From IMG/VR virus record IMGVR_UViG_3300038679_000051, positions 224,001 to 288,000 of that record: a stretch of 64,000 nucleotides of DNA. One strand, 5' to 3'. The notes beneath the pieces are model-generated. The model was given only the letters and a program-made list of their open reading frames with translations, did no database searches and was not told where the DNA came from. Shown here in pieces: positions 51,042 through 60,572 of this stretch. Every line of letters begins with the position of its first letter. Positions within the stretch are counted from its first letter, which is position 1. The stretch comes from a virus. Lineage: Duplodnaviria; Caudoviricetes. Made by a program: the position numbers and the translations under genes.

Positions 51042-51755
51042 ATGCTTTACGCCGCCGGTCGGAAAATACCTAAACGGTTGTTGGAACGACCGGAAACGAA
51101 GTCACTCATATTGTCCAACAGTATGATACCGAGATTTAAAAAATCAACACGAATGCGGGATGCAATATTTGTATGGATACCAAAGTGTGCTGGGACTAGC
51201 ATTTATAGGTCATTAGGATTCACTAAACTTAAGCGACATAGACAATTCACCAAATTCAATAATTCAGGTCGCGTTACATTTGATCATGTCTCATTGTTGA
51301 CATTACTCGAAAACAATTATGTGTCGAGACAATATTATAATAGGGCATTTAAATTTTGTTTTGTCAGGAATCCATGGGATAGAATAATTTCATTGTACCA
51401 TTATCTGTGGCGTTACCACAAAACTGATTTTAAAAATTTTTGCTATCTCATAGATAAAGGCATAGATGACATTGGATTATATAATTCTAAAGGTTTTAGC
51501 CAGGCTAATCCGCAATACAAATGGATTTATGATGAAAACATGAAGTGTATAGTTGATTTTATTGGTCGTCATGAGATGTTGCAACACGATTTCGACACCA
51601 TATGCAATAAGTTGAACATGCCATCTATTGAGTTATTAAGAGCAAATAGATCAAGACATAGGAAACCTTACCCAGATTATTATGACGATGAGACGAAAGA
51701 GATTGTGCGTAAGATCTATAAAAAGGACATTGAATTATTTGGATACGAATTCTAA
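51042..51755 (+). CDS. sulfotransferase family 2 protein
   Basis: FVWIPKCAGTSI (PAPS 5'-PSB), FVRNPWDRIISLY (3'-PB), PQ..W, DFIGRHE. Confidence 0.9.
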   Translation: MLYAAGRKIPKRLLERPETKSLILSNSMIPRFKKSTRMRDAIFVWIPKCAGTSIYRSLGFTKLKRHRQFTKFNNSGRVTFDHVSLLTLLENNYVSRQYYNRAFKFCFVRNPWDRIISLYHYLWRYHKTDFKNFCYLIDKGIDDIGLYNSKGFSQANPQYKWIYDENMKCIVDFIGRHEMLQHDFDTICNKLNMPSIELLRANRSRHRKPYPDYYDDETKEIVRKIYKKDIELFGYEF

Positions 51756-52414
51756 TGAACAATAAGATACCTAAACGATTGTTGGAACGACCGGAAACGA
51801 AGTCACTCATATTATCCAACAGTATGATACCGAGATTCAAAATCAAGATCAAAGAACCAAAACGTTCTAGGAGCGTTCGCGATCGTCATGTTGGTGGTTT
51901 TCATACGCACGGTGATCCGTCAACGTGGTATCCGGACATGTGGCAATGGTTTGTAAAGACACACAACATCAAAAACGTATTGGACGTTGGTTGTGGTGCC
52001 GGTTATGCGGCTGGATATTTTGCACATCTTGGTTGTAATGTAACGGCAATTGACGGTTCGAAAAAAGCGTTGAATTATAAAGTGTTCAACATTAAGATAC
52101 ACGATCTGGTTTATGGTCCATTCTTACAGAAAGACGTTGATTTAGTTTGGTGTTGTGAAGTGGTAGAACACATTAGAGAAGAGTATCTTGGGCATTTATT
52201 GGATACGATTTGTCAGGGCAAATGGTTGTTGATGACGCATGCCAGACCAGGCCAACCAGGGACGCATCACGTCAATTGTCAGCACGATGGTTACTGGATT
52301 GGAAAAATAGAAGAGAGGGGATGCAAATACGACGACGCCATTACGTCGTCGTGTAGAGACATGGCTGGTGGTTTCTTCAAAGAAAGCGGATTGGTGTTTA
52401 AATGCTTACAATAG
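51755..52414 (+). CDS. class I SAM methyltransferase
   Basis: VLDVGCGAGY, DLVWCCEVVEHI, ARPGQPGTHHVN. Confidence 0.9.
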   Translation: MNNKIPKRLLERPETKSLILSNSMIPRFKIKIKEPKRSRSVRDRHVGGFHTHGDPSTWYPDMWQWFVKTHNIKNVLDVGCGAGYAAGYFAHLGCNVTAIDGSKKALNYKVFNIKIHDLVYGPFLQKDVDLVWCCEVVEHIREEYLGHLLDTICQGKWLLMTHARPGQPGTHHVNCQHDGYWIGKIEERGCKYDDAITSSCRDMAGGFFKESGLVFKCLQ

Positions 52415-53766
52415 CTGGTAGGAATCCACACAAGAAACTGATAATCCCTAAAAGAGAGATCAAACCGATCATCAAACAAGCATCGCAAGAAATCGAATTA
52501 AAACAAATACCAAGCGTGGTTGAGAAAAAGACAATTGCGATGATTAAATGTGTCTTTATTAGAGAAGATTGGCCGGAAAATAGGCGATTGATTAAGAAAT
52601 GTATCAAGGAGACATATGAACAGAATAGAGACGTTAGAATAATATTTGCCGTAGATGCAGCACCAGTAGAGGACAAAGAATGGTTGAAAACGATGGGTGA
52701 GGTAATAGAATTATCAGAGGGTAAACCACCGAGGATGAATTTATTGTTGGAAAAAGCAATCAATATGGTTGATGATGAATATGTCTGGACATGTGAGCAA
52801 GATGTTATTATTAGTAAAAGCGAGAGATTGAAAGCAGAAGAATTAGTCAGAAAATTACGTGATGATGTTTATGCATTAGAGATAAGATCTGTTGATGAGA
52901 ATGGGTGGCCGACTTATCCATTTAAAAGAAGAAGAACCATTGAGAATGAAAAAATTGGTGGTTATGTTGTATGGTTAGATAGCAAGCATACTACGTTTTC
53001 TAGTGTGATATGGAAGACTAAATTTATGAAATTGATCGACTGGAAAGGATGTAGAACGCATTTATATTGTGATGTTGATGTAAGTTTGCAATTGCGACAA
53101 AGAGAATATAAGAATGCATTATGTGGCGACATCAAGTATGTTCATTATCCAAGTTTAAGTCGTAGACGATTTGATCACAATGAATTGATGCAAATCGGCA
53201 TAAAATATGGAACTGATAAGGCAATTGGTCATAATTATATAAAATATTATTATGAACTGTTTAAACATAAACGAAATGACGTCAAAAGGGTGGTTGAAAT
53301 TGGTGTTCATAAAGGTGCGTCATTGAGAATGTGGCAAGAATATTTTCCAAATGCACAAATTTATGGCTTTGATATCAAAGATTATGGTGATTATTTTAAT
53401 AAAACCGAAAAGAGAATCAAGACATATGTCGTTGATCAAACTGATTCAAAACGACTAAATGAGATTATGACAGAGATAGGAGAAGTTGATATAATTATAG
53501 ATGATGGTTCGCATATTGACACTCACCAATTGATCAGTCTTAATGCATTATATAAATGGGTTAAACCTTTTGGATGTTATATAATCGAAGATATCAATCC
53601 AAAAGGTTATAATTATGGTGATAGATCAGAAAAGTTTATTGCATCATTTAATGATGATTTGATAGATAAAGATGTTGTATTAACGTTAAAACATAATAAA
53701 ATTGAAGTTCATAATAATGAACCTGGTACATGCATGATAGCAATTTTCCATGTGCTCGTGAGGTGA
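52402..53766 (+). CDS. GT-A-like N-domain fused to sugar O-methyltransferase-like domain
   Basis: C-domain KYGTDK..HNY..YY, VVEIGV..GASLRMW.EYFPNA.IYGFDI, IIIDDGSH, YIIED. Confidence 0.8.
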   Translation: MLTIAGRNPHKKLIIPKREIKPIIKQASQEIELKQIPSVVEKKTIAMIKCVFIREDWPENRRLIKKCIKETYEQNRDVRIIFAVDAAPVEDKEWLKTMGEVIELSEGKPPRMNLLLEKAINMVDDEYVWTCEQDVIISKSERLKAEELVRKLRDDVYALEIRSVDENGWPTYPFKRRRTIENEKIGGYVVWLDSKHTTFSSVIWKTKFMKLIDWKGCRTHLYCDVDVSLQLRQREYKNALCGDIKYVHYPSLSRRRFDHNELMQIGIKYGTDKAIGHNYIKYYYELFKHKRNDVKRVVEIGVHKGASLRMWQEYFPNAQIYGFDIKDYGDYFNKTEKRIKTYVVDQTDSKRLNEIMTEIGEVDIIIDDGSHIDTHQLISLNALYKWVKPFGCYIIEDINPKGYNYGDRSEKFIASFNDDLIDKDVVLTLKHNKIEVHNNEPGTCMIAIFHVLVR

Positions 53767-53768
53767 AA

Positions 53769-54290
53769 ATGGACACGAATGTTTTGAACTTTGTAAAAAA
53801 GTTGAATCTAAACGAAAACGAAAAGGTACTAGAAGTGGGGAGTTTAAACATCAATGGTACAGTACGTTCTGTCATTAAAAATAAAAACTATATTGGCATA
53901 GATGCCGTTGCTGGAAATGGCGTTGATGTCGTCATGGATTTATTTGATATTGATATAAAGTTTGAAGTTGGTAGTTTCGACATTGTTGTTTCTTGCGAAT
54001 TACTAGAACATGTTGAGGATTGGTTTGGTGCCATACAAAAAATGTGGAAAATGTTAAGACCACAAGGACAGTTGGTTTTAACTACCCGTCGCCCTGGTTT
54101 TGGTTATCATGCTTATCCGAATGACTTTTGGCGGTTTACTACCTCTGATTTAAAAAAAGCATTTAAAAAGCAATATTGTCTAATTGAGGATCTTGATAAT
54201 TTTGGGATTGGTTGTTTGGTAATCAAGACAACAGAATCAATTGATAATAATAAATTTTCAATTGATTCTTTCATAAAACCATATCCCTAA
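53769..54290 (+). CDS. class I SAM methyltransferase
   Basis: VLEVGSLNING, YIGID, FDIVVSCELLEHV, YHAYPNDFWRF. Confidence 0.9.
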   Translation: MDTNVLNFVKKLNLNENEKVLEVGSLNINGTVRSVIKNKNYIGIDAVAGNGVDVVMDLFDIDIKFEVGSFDIVVSCELLEHVEDWFGAIQKMWKMLRPQGQLVLTTRRPGFGYHAYPNDFWRFTTSDLKKAFKKQYCLIEDLDNFGIGCLVIKTTESIDNNKFSIDSFIKPYP

Positions 54291-55061
54291 TTCAACATTG
54301 TCCGATGTGATGGCTTTACCGATAAATTTGTTCGTTGTCTGATCTAATTGCATATTTCCATGCTTATAACCATTTTTCCAAGTGACTGTAAAAGATGTTT
54401 TGTCTATGCTAAGTATTCCGACATACCCATTTGAGTGTGAGACATTCATCGATTTGTTGATTGTGACTATTCCATCATTGCATTTCCACTTACCAATTAT
54501 TTTAGTTATATCAATTTCATTTTTCTTAACATTTTCCACTTTTTTAGTGGTGGTTTCTTTCCCCGGATTGATTACGATCCTGCTTTCCAGTTCCAATAAT
54601 TTCTTATAACCGTCTTGATCTTTGTGTCTGATTTCTTCTGCCACTCGTTTCAGTTCTTTCTTTGCTTCTTCTACCGTCTCGATTGCTCGCTTCATTGTGC
54701 CGTCCACTTTGTCGGCTTTGGCGATGATGTTTGCACATTTCTCCAGCATTATGACCTCTTCGCGGGTCGTGGATAGGCGTCGGTTTTTGTGGAGGGATTC
54801 TTGTGCCGCTTTTGCGTCGTCTAGGGCACCCACGTAATCTTGTTCATCCAGTCTGATTTGGGCACGGATTGTCAATGCTTCGGGGTCGTCCCCCTTCACT
54901 TTGATGGCGGCTTCGAGTAGTGCTTTAGCCGGTTCGAGTTGTTTCAGTTCGATCATCCTCTTGGCGGCGTCAACGGACGTCCGACAGATTTGCTCCGGCG
55001 TCTCACCAGCAAAACAACCAAAACAAGCAATTACCAATAGCATTGCAACCATTTTCATCAT
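54258..55061 (-). CDS. putative secreted TPR-like protein
   Basis: hydrophobic N-terminus (MMKMVAMLLVIACFGCFA) then TPR-like helices and coiled coil. Confidence 0.6.
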   Translation of the reverse strand: MMKMVAMLLVIACFGCFAGETPEQICRTSVDAAKRMIELKQLEPAKALLEAAIKVKGDDPEALTIRAQIRLDEQDYVGALDDAKAAQESLHKNRRLSTTREEVIMLEKCANIIAKADKVDGTMKRAIETVEEAKKELKRVAEEIRHKDQDGYKKLLELESRIVINPGKETTTKKVENVKKNEIDITKIIGKWKCNDGIVTINKSMNVSHSNGYVGILSIDKTSFTVTWKNGYKHGNMQLDQTTNKFIGKAITSDNVELGIWFYERIN

Positions 55062-55309
55062 CGTTTTGTTCTCCTAAAAAGGGGGTCCAAACATTAACGC
55101 CTCGTTCACCGTATTTTTTTAACACGACGGTAACGACCGTCAAGAATTTCAATACCGTCATTGTCTTGGTATCATCGAGTTTTTCTGTGATTGACCGGTT
55201 TATCAAACATACAATGAACACAATCGTGTTTAGATAAATTAGACAAAGGAGAGGGGCATGAATCCAAGGAAAAATTGGTAAGACGTTTATAAATCCAATC
55301 GAAGAAGAA

Positions 55310-55699
55310 TTAATGTGATGGTTTGTGGTCAGTTTTTTCGTCTGGCATTTCACATGCATCCAGGAGTAAATGAACTACTCTCATGACTTCTGGGTTTGGT
55401 TCTGATTGTGACATACGTCGTTTGTGCCATGTCCAAATAATGTCTCCCTTAAAAACGCTGAACCAAACATAAAAGTTTGTTATTCCTCTACCTGGCTGTA
55501 ATGTGAACCAATATTTAAACCAAACGATTGGTCCTTTAAAGAATGATGGTCTAAAGATTCCATTTTGTTCGAACCATGCTTTACTTTCTGCTTTCTTAAT
55601 CTTCCTATGTTTCCACCATTTAATAGGTTCAACCAGCAACGCTGGTTCATCTGATAGACAATGATGTTTAACGGCCTCTCTGATCTCGTCGTTGGTCAT
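55310..55699 (-). CDS. Trp-rich hypothetical protein
   Basis: AGGAG RBS; 129 aa. Confidence 0.6.
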   Translation of the reverse strand: MTNDEIREAVKHHCLSDEPALLVEPIKWWKHRKIKKAESKAWFEQNGIFRPSFFKGPIVWFKYWFTLQPGRGITNFYVWFSVFKGDIIWTWHKRRMSQSEPNPEVMRVVHLLLDACEMPDEKTDHKPSH

Positions 55700-55764
55700 T
55701 TTGCATTCTCCTCTGGTTTTCTATATTCTTTTGGATTGAGCCGTCAATTATCCATTATAATGTT

Positions 55765-56373
55765 TTAATGTCGAATATTTAGAAAGGCGTCTGCTTCAAT
55801 CCGTTGGTTTTTATCCGACAACCAATGATTTTTGGCTCTAACGTCATCGGTCACTACGTTTAATTGTGATGCCAATTTTTCTTTGGTCCATCCTGACGGT
55901 AGATCACCGCCAAAACCTATTGCCCATTTTTGTGGGCCGACGTTCAACACTCTACCACGTGGATAAGCCATCCATAATTTCTTAAAATCGTCAGTTGCCG
56001 TCTTTTTAAATGAGTTGGCGACGATGTCGGCAGCAGCGTTGCGCCATAACGTTGCATGTGAGTTACATTTGAAATATTCTTCTTCAAAGAATATCACCCG
56101 CCAGTCATGTTTATCCGGCACAATCCAGAACAATGCTTCTACTGCTCTAGCTTCCATGATCGTCGCCAAATACGTCATCCTTATGCCGCGTCTGGCGCGT
56201 TCATTCGACGTCGGTATGTCGTCATATAATTCTTTCAATTCAGTTGGAAGTAATTTTGGGTCAATGTCGTCATATAACGTGTCGATTTTGGTCGTTTCAG
56301 TGATTTTTACCTTATTTGGATCAATGCTGCCATTCTCATTTAAGACGTCATCATATAATGATTCCAATTTCAT
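55765..56373 (-). CDS. H...PRGR paralog family member
   Basis: HATLW...AYPRGRV...FGGDLP; start MKLESLYD after GAGG RBS. Confidence 0.7.
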   Translation of the reverse strand: MKLESLYDDVLNENGSIDPNKVKITETTKIDTLYDDIDPKLLPTELKELYDDIPTSNERARRGIRMTYLATIMEARAVEALFWIVPDKHDWRVIFFEEEYFKCNSHATLWRNAAADIVANSFKKTATDDFKKLWMAYPRGRVLNVGPQKWAIGFGGDLPSGWTKEKLASQLNVVTDDVRAKNHWLSDKNQRIEADAFLNIRH

Positions 56374-56388
56374 GTTTCCTCTGTTCAC

Positions 56389-56970
56389 CTAATCAGTTAG
56401 GTCTTTGGATGGGCTTGATATAATCTCGTCATATAATTGTAATTGTTTTGGCGCAAGACGATATTTTGATAAATCTAATGCACCAACGCTTTTAAAGATA
56501 CGTTCAATACCGGCTAGGTCACTCCTCCTAGCTGAAATCAACTTCATTGCCGTTAATCCTGCCGCTGATGCTACGGGAATGCCGTTTTCTGTTGTTGCCT
56601 CGGCAAAAACTTGTGTGACGACATGCTCAGGGATTTTAATGAATGCGGCAGTCAACACTTCGACTTCGACGTTTGTAATGCGATGCTCAAATGAATGTCT
56701 TCGGTGATGTTTAAACGTCTTTAATGTGTCGTGCATCAGATCTATCGCCGATTCATTCATAACTAGAACGTCTATGTCTTGGGTTCCGGTCGGTATGGCT
56801 CGATGTCCGACTGCTAGCCCACCGACGAGGACCCATGGCGTTGACGTGCCTATTTCATTGGCGAAATCTTGCAATGTTCGTTTGAGAACGTTGGCACCAT
56901 CTTCGGTGAGCGATCTTACCGTATCGGCAATTCCAAGTGATTCATATAATGTGCGCATTCTCATGGTCAT
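56389..56970 (-). CDS. nucleotidyltransferase (pol-beta superfamily, minimal type)
   Basis: VLVGGLAV...GTQDIDVLV, VEVL, L.AMKL...R..DLA.I. Confidence 0.8.
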   Translation of the reverse strand: MTMRMRTLYESLGIADTVRSLTEDGANVLKRTLQDFANEIGTSTPWVLVGGLAVGHRAIPTGTQDIDVLVMNESAIDLMHDTLKTFKHHRRHSFEHRITNVEVEVLTAAFIKIPEHVVTQVFAEATTENGIPVASAAGLTAMKLISARRSDLAGIERIFKSVGALDLSKYRLAPKQLQLYDEIISSPSKDLTD

Positions 56971-56992
56971 ATTCCCCTTAAGTTAAACACAT

Positions 56993-57487
56993 TTATTGAT
57001 ACGTAATTGGTCCGATGATTTGTTGGATTTGTTCTTTGTCTGATTCACTCATTTTTTCGTGATCGACCACTTCAATTTTGACTTTATTTTCCAACGCCAA
57101 TCTCGTGAGATCGAATCTGCCGATGATTTTCTTTAATTCCGATTCTTTAGACAACGACGATGGGAAATCATCACCGTGATAAATGGTGAAATTTCCCGTT
57201 GGTCGTCCTAGCGCCAAGTCTTTTACGTCAATGCGTCCACGAGGCATGCCATAGGCGACGTCTTTGAGTCTTTCCGTCTGGTCGTCGTCCAATCCATGAT
57301 GCTTCGCTACGTCTTCCGCCAATACGGCATTCCACACTTCATAATGTGACCAATTCTTGTCCTCCGTCAACGGCATGGTCCACAATTTCCAGTGTGGTTT
57401 GAGCCACAAATAATACCAAATGCCGATTTTGGGCGTAGAATCTTCCTTGATTCCAAACGTCCGTTCAAGTTTTTCATGTAGGTTCAT
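56993..57487 (-). CDS. H...PRGR paralog family member
   Basis: HYEVW...GMPRGRI...HGDDFP. Confidence 0.7.
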   Translation of the reverse strand: MNLHEKLERTFGIKEDSTPKIGIWYYLWLKPHWKLWTMPLTEDKNWSHYEVWNAVLAEDVAKHHGLDDDQTERLKDVAYGMPRGRIDVKDLALGRPTGNFTIYHGDDFPSSLSKESELKKIIGRFDLTRLALENKVKIEVVDHEKMSESDKEQIQQIIGPITYQ

Positions 57488-57490
57488 CGT

Positions 57491-58003
57491 TCACCATCCT
57501 TGAGCGACGTCGAATGCCAGAGCAAGATGTTCATCGTCATTGGCACCGAAGATTTTGGTGACATCCTCAATTAAGCCGTTCTTCAACAGGTTTTCTATGG
57601 CGATCTTGACGAATTCTCGCTTACGCAACAATTCATTTACATCTTCCCAGAAGATTACGTCACCGTCCAGTTTCCTTTTAACGATTCCACGGACGACGTA
57701 ATCATCCGTGGGTTTGGGGTCGTCAATAGATTTAGACAAACCGGCGGCATACAAAAGTGCACTATGGCTTATAGAACCTAAATTGATCGGCTCGTCAGTC
57801 TTAATCATGGTGGCGTCAAGATAGATGCCCTTTTTGGTTACGCCGAAGGCGACGTCGTTAACGTCGTGGTGGTCGGACGGTATGAATGCTTCGGACAGAA
57901 TGTTTCTAGAACGTCGTAATTTTTTGACGTTTACATATGATTCATAACACTTTTCCGGATTTCTGGCTATCAGACACCCATTGAGCATCCGTGAAATCTT
58001 CAT
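57491..58003 (-). CDS. hypothetical protein
   Basis: 170 aa; SHSALL...VVRGIV weakly echoes the PRGR family. Confidence 0.6.
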   Translation of the reverse strand: MKISRMLNGCLIARNPEKCYESYVNVKKLRRSRNILSEAFIPSDHHDVNDVAFGVTKKGIYLDATMIKTDEPINLGSISHSALLYAAGLSKSIDDPKPTDDYVVRGIVKRKLDGDVIFWEDVNELLRKREFVKIAIENLLKNGLIEDVTKIFGANDDEHLALAFDVAQGW

Positions 58004-58623
58004 TAGATTCCTAAAAAATCATCAGCAATTTTGCGGCTTTGTGTGTTAGCCGTCCAATGACTGCCGTATTCAAACGATGAGTTCGCTGTACCGACGCCGA
58101 GACTCGACATCAATTTTGTTTCATTCCAACCCGCTGGATAGTCTTTACCAAATCCTATCCACCACTTGTTGAATTCATTGGGAATGCTAACCAACCTACC
58201 TCTTGGGTAAGCATTATATAATTCCAGAAATTCATCCGTCGGTTCTTTCCCAAATGACGTTGCGACTAGCCTTCCGGCATGCGCCCTCCACAGTGCCTTA
58301 TGTTCCTGATACAAGGAGAAATGATTTCTGGAGAAGAATATCGTCCGCCAGGCACCTTTCCCATCCGGCACGACCCAAAACAATCCATCGGTCGCTTTTT
58401 CCTCAAAGAGGACGGCGTACGTTCTGCGGAACGATTGCTGGTCTTCAGTCTTCATCTTATCGTGTAAACGCTTAAGTTCTTCTGGCAACAATGATGGATG
58501 TACGTCATATGTGTCTTCTAATGTAGAACCTTTGACGCCATCGACATGTGGTGCACCCAATTTCGTCGGATCAACGTGTCCATTCTCGTCGAGGAATTTG
58601 TCATACAATGAGTCGAGTTTCAT
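58003..58623 (-). CDS. H...PRGR paralog family member
   Basis: HKALW...AYPRGRL...FGKDYP; closest to 55765; begins MKLDSLYD. Confidence 0.7.
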   Translation of the reverse strand: MKLDSLYDKFLDENGHVDPTKLGAPHVDGVKGSTLEDTYDVHPSLLPEELKRLHDKMKTEDQQSFRRTYAVLFEEKATDGLFWVVPDGKGAWRTIFFSRNHFSLYQEHKALWRAHAGRLVATSFGKEPTDEFLELYNAYPRGRLVSIPNEFNKWWIGFGKDYPAGWNETKLMSSLGVGTANSSFEYGSHWTANTQSRKIADDFLGI

Positions 58624-58677
58624 GGGCTTGTCTCCTTTTCTGTTTTAGTTTATGTTTGTGAAATGACTTGTCAATTA

Positions 58678-59040
58678 TCAAATCATTGGGCCAGTTTGCA
58701 CGTCAGTCTTATACTCTTGAATGTCAAAATATTCAAATAATGTCCCTTCACTTATTTCCCACTCCGCTGTGTTGCAATCGGGCACGTGTGCGTGTCTTGG
58801 ATATAATGGTCGTAGAACATAAACGTTTATGTCTGCGATGCCTTTTTCTGCTGGCGTAATCTTAGTCTGGTTGGTTATACCAATAAATCTATTGACTACA
58901 AACCATCGTGATCCAATTAATTCATTCCATCTAAGATATACGTTCTTCATAACTAATACTGAACCTACATCGAGATGATTTAGGTTCTCATATGTCGGTT
59001 CTTTCATTTCATAAATTGGTGTCGGTGGGCATTGGCTCAT
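58678..59040 (-). CDS. hypothetical protein
   Basis: 120-aa ORF in minus-strand operon. Confidence 0.55.
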   Translation of the reverse strand: MSQCPPTPIYEMKEPTYENLNHLDVGSVLVMKNVYLRWNELIGSRWFVVNRFIGITNQTKITPAEKGIADINVYVLRPLYPRHAHVPDCNTAEWEISEGTLFEYFDIQEYKTDVQTGPMI

Positions 59041-59042
59041 GT

Positions 59043-59459
59043 TTATATCTCATCTGCGATTTTGTCAATGTCCGTCTTGTCTCTGTCTCGTTTCCCTTCT
59101 TCGTTTTTCTCGATTTCTCTCATCCCTGTCTCATCCGTCTCTTCTGTTTCCTCTGTTTCCTCTGCTTCTGTTCCCATCTTTTCTTCTGCTTCTTTTTCGC
59201 CTTTGGCTAGAAGTTCGGTTTCATCATCTTCGTACATTCTAAGCAATTTTTGGAATTCGCCGACGTGTACTTGTTCTTCATTGGCTACATCCTTCATAAT
59301 CTTTTTGACATTCTCATCGTCGACATATTCGGCGATGGTGTCATAGATGTGTATGGCTTCCTGCTCAGCGCACAATGACAGTCTCAGGGCACTTATTAAT
59401 TCTTGTTTGGTGATTACGTCGCCCGGTTTCTTGTGTTTGAATGGGTTTACGAAATCCAT
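59043..59459 (-). CDS. ferritin-like / rubrerythrin-family di-iron protein
   Basis: AEQEAIHIY and EEQVHVGEF di-iron ligands; acidic tail. Confidence 0.85.
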   Translation of the reverse strand: MDFVNPFKHKKPGDVITKQELISALRLSLCAEQEAIHIYDTIAEYVDDENVKKIMKDVANEEQVHVGEFQKLLRMYEDDETELLAKGEKEAEEKMGTEAEETEETEETDETGMREIEKNEEGKRDRDKTDIDKIADEI

Positions 59460-59460
59460 G

Positions 59461-59880
59461 TCATTCTCCTATTTCGATGGGTTTGTGCACTGATGCGGTC
59501 ATCTTCAATGGTACATACATTCTATTGATGACGTCGTCATGTATGCGTCGCAATACGCGCAATATGTGGGACTTAGATGAATTTTCAGCGGGTGAATCTT
59601 TTATTGATTTAATTATTTTCATATATTCATTTTCTATTCTGTCATGTATGTCTTCATAATTATACTCTTCGCGTAGATTTGCGCCAATTTCACCATTCAA
59701 TTTGGTTAATATTTCTTTAACGATTGGTGCAACTTCACGATGGATTTTAGCCAGCTCTATTAATTCCTCGCCGAATCTTTTGGCTGATGCCCTATATAAT
59801 TCAAGCGACTCCCTACCTATGCTTATCGGGGCCAATCTTCTTGAAATTGCTTCATTTAGTCTTTTTTCAAAGTTAGTCAT
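59461..59880 (-). CDS. hypothetical helical protein
   Basis: 139-aa ORF in operon. Confidence 0.6.
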   Translation of the reverse strand: MTNFEKRLNEAISRRLAPISIGRESLELYRASAKRFGEELIELAKIHREVAPIVKEILTKLNGEIGANLREEYNYEDIHDRIENEYMKIIKSIKDSPAENSSKSHILRVLRRIHDDVINRMYVPLKMTASVHKPIEIGE

Positions 59881-60524
59881 ATCTTATTTTTGATGATGGT
59901 GAATTCGTCATAAATGCATTTTTGTAGACTATACAACGTATTTGGTTTGTCTTCGATTTCATCAAAATTGAAGTCAATGACCCCAGTTCCACTAGATGAT
60001 TCAATTTGGCGTGGTCTACCGTCTATGGTGTCTTGATCGATTTTCTGTTTTGGCGTTAGACCATGTTTTTTTCTAAAATCCTGTTCGACGTTGAGTCTGC
60101 GCATTTCCAACCAAATCAGTTGCAATTCATCTTCAGATATGGTCTCAAGTTCTTTCATACGTTGTCTTATTGCATCAACCCGTGCTGAATGAACGTACTT
60201 TTGTGAATCAAGCAATTCTTTGTTGATGAATTTCGACCAATGTTCGACAATCTCTTTCCCTGCCGGTGGTTTAAATTTAAACAATGACGACGTCTTTCGA
60301 AGACGAATGTCATTTCTTTCTCGCATGTGTTCAAAATTGATTATTGACCAGAGGGCGGTGACTGCAATCCTGGCTTCCGCCTCATCTACATCGCCTTTTT
60401 GCCATGATGCAATCGTTTTGGCATTGAAATCAATTAAATATTCATTTATCGGATCTAATTTATGGCACGTCCTAATTTCGGCGATCTCAGCCATTAAAAT
60501 TGGATAGTCATTCAAATCAAGCAT
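59877..60524 (-). CDS. hypothetical protein
   Basis: 215 aa; AGGAG RBS. Confidence 0.6.
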   Translation of the reverse strand: MLDLNDYPILMAEIAEIRTCHKLDPINEYLIDFNAKTIASWQKGDVDEAEARIAVTALWSIINFEHMRERNDIRLRKTSSLFKFKPPAGKEIVEHWSKFINKELLDSQKYVHSARVDAIRQRMKELETISEDELQLIWLEMRRLNVEQDFRKKHGLTPKQKIDQDTIDGRPRQIESSSGTGVIDFNFDEIEDKPNTLYSLQKCIYDEFTIIKNKI

Positions 60525-60572
60525 GAGCCAATCTCCTGCTGCGTTTTATCGATTGGCTGATGTTTGTCAATG

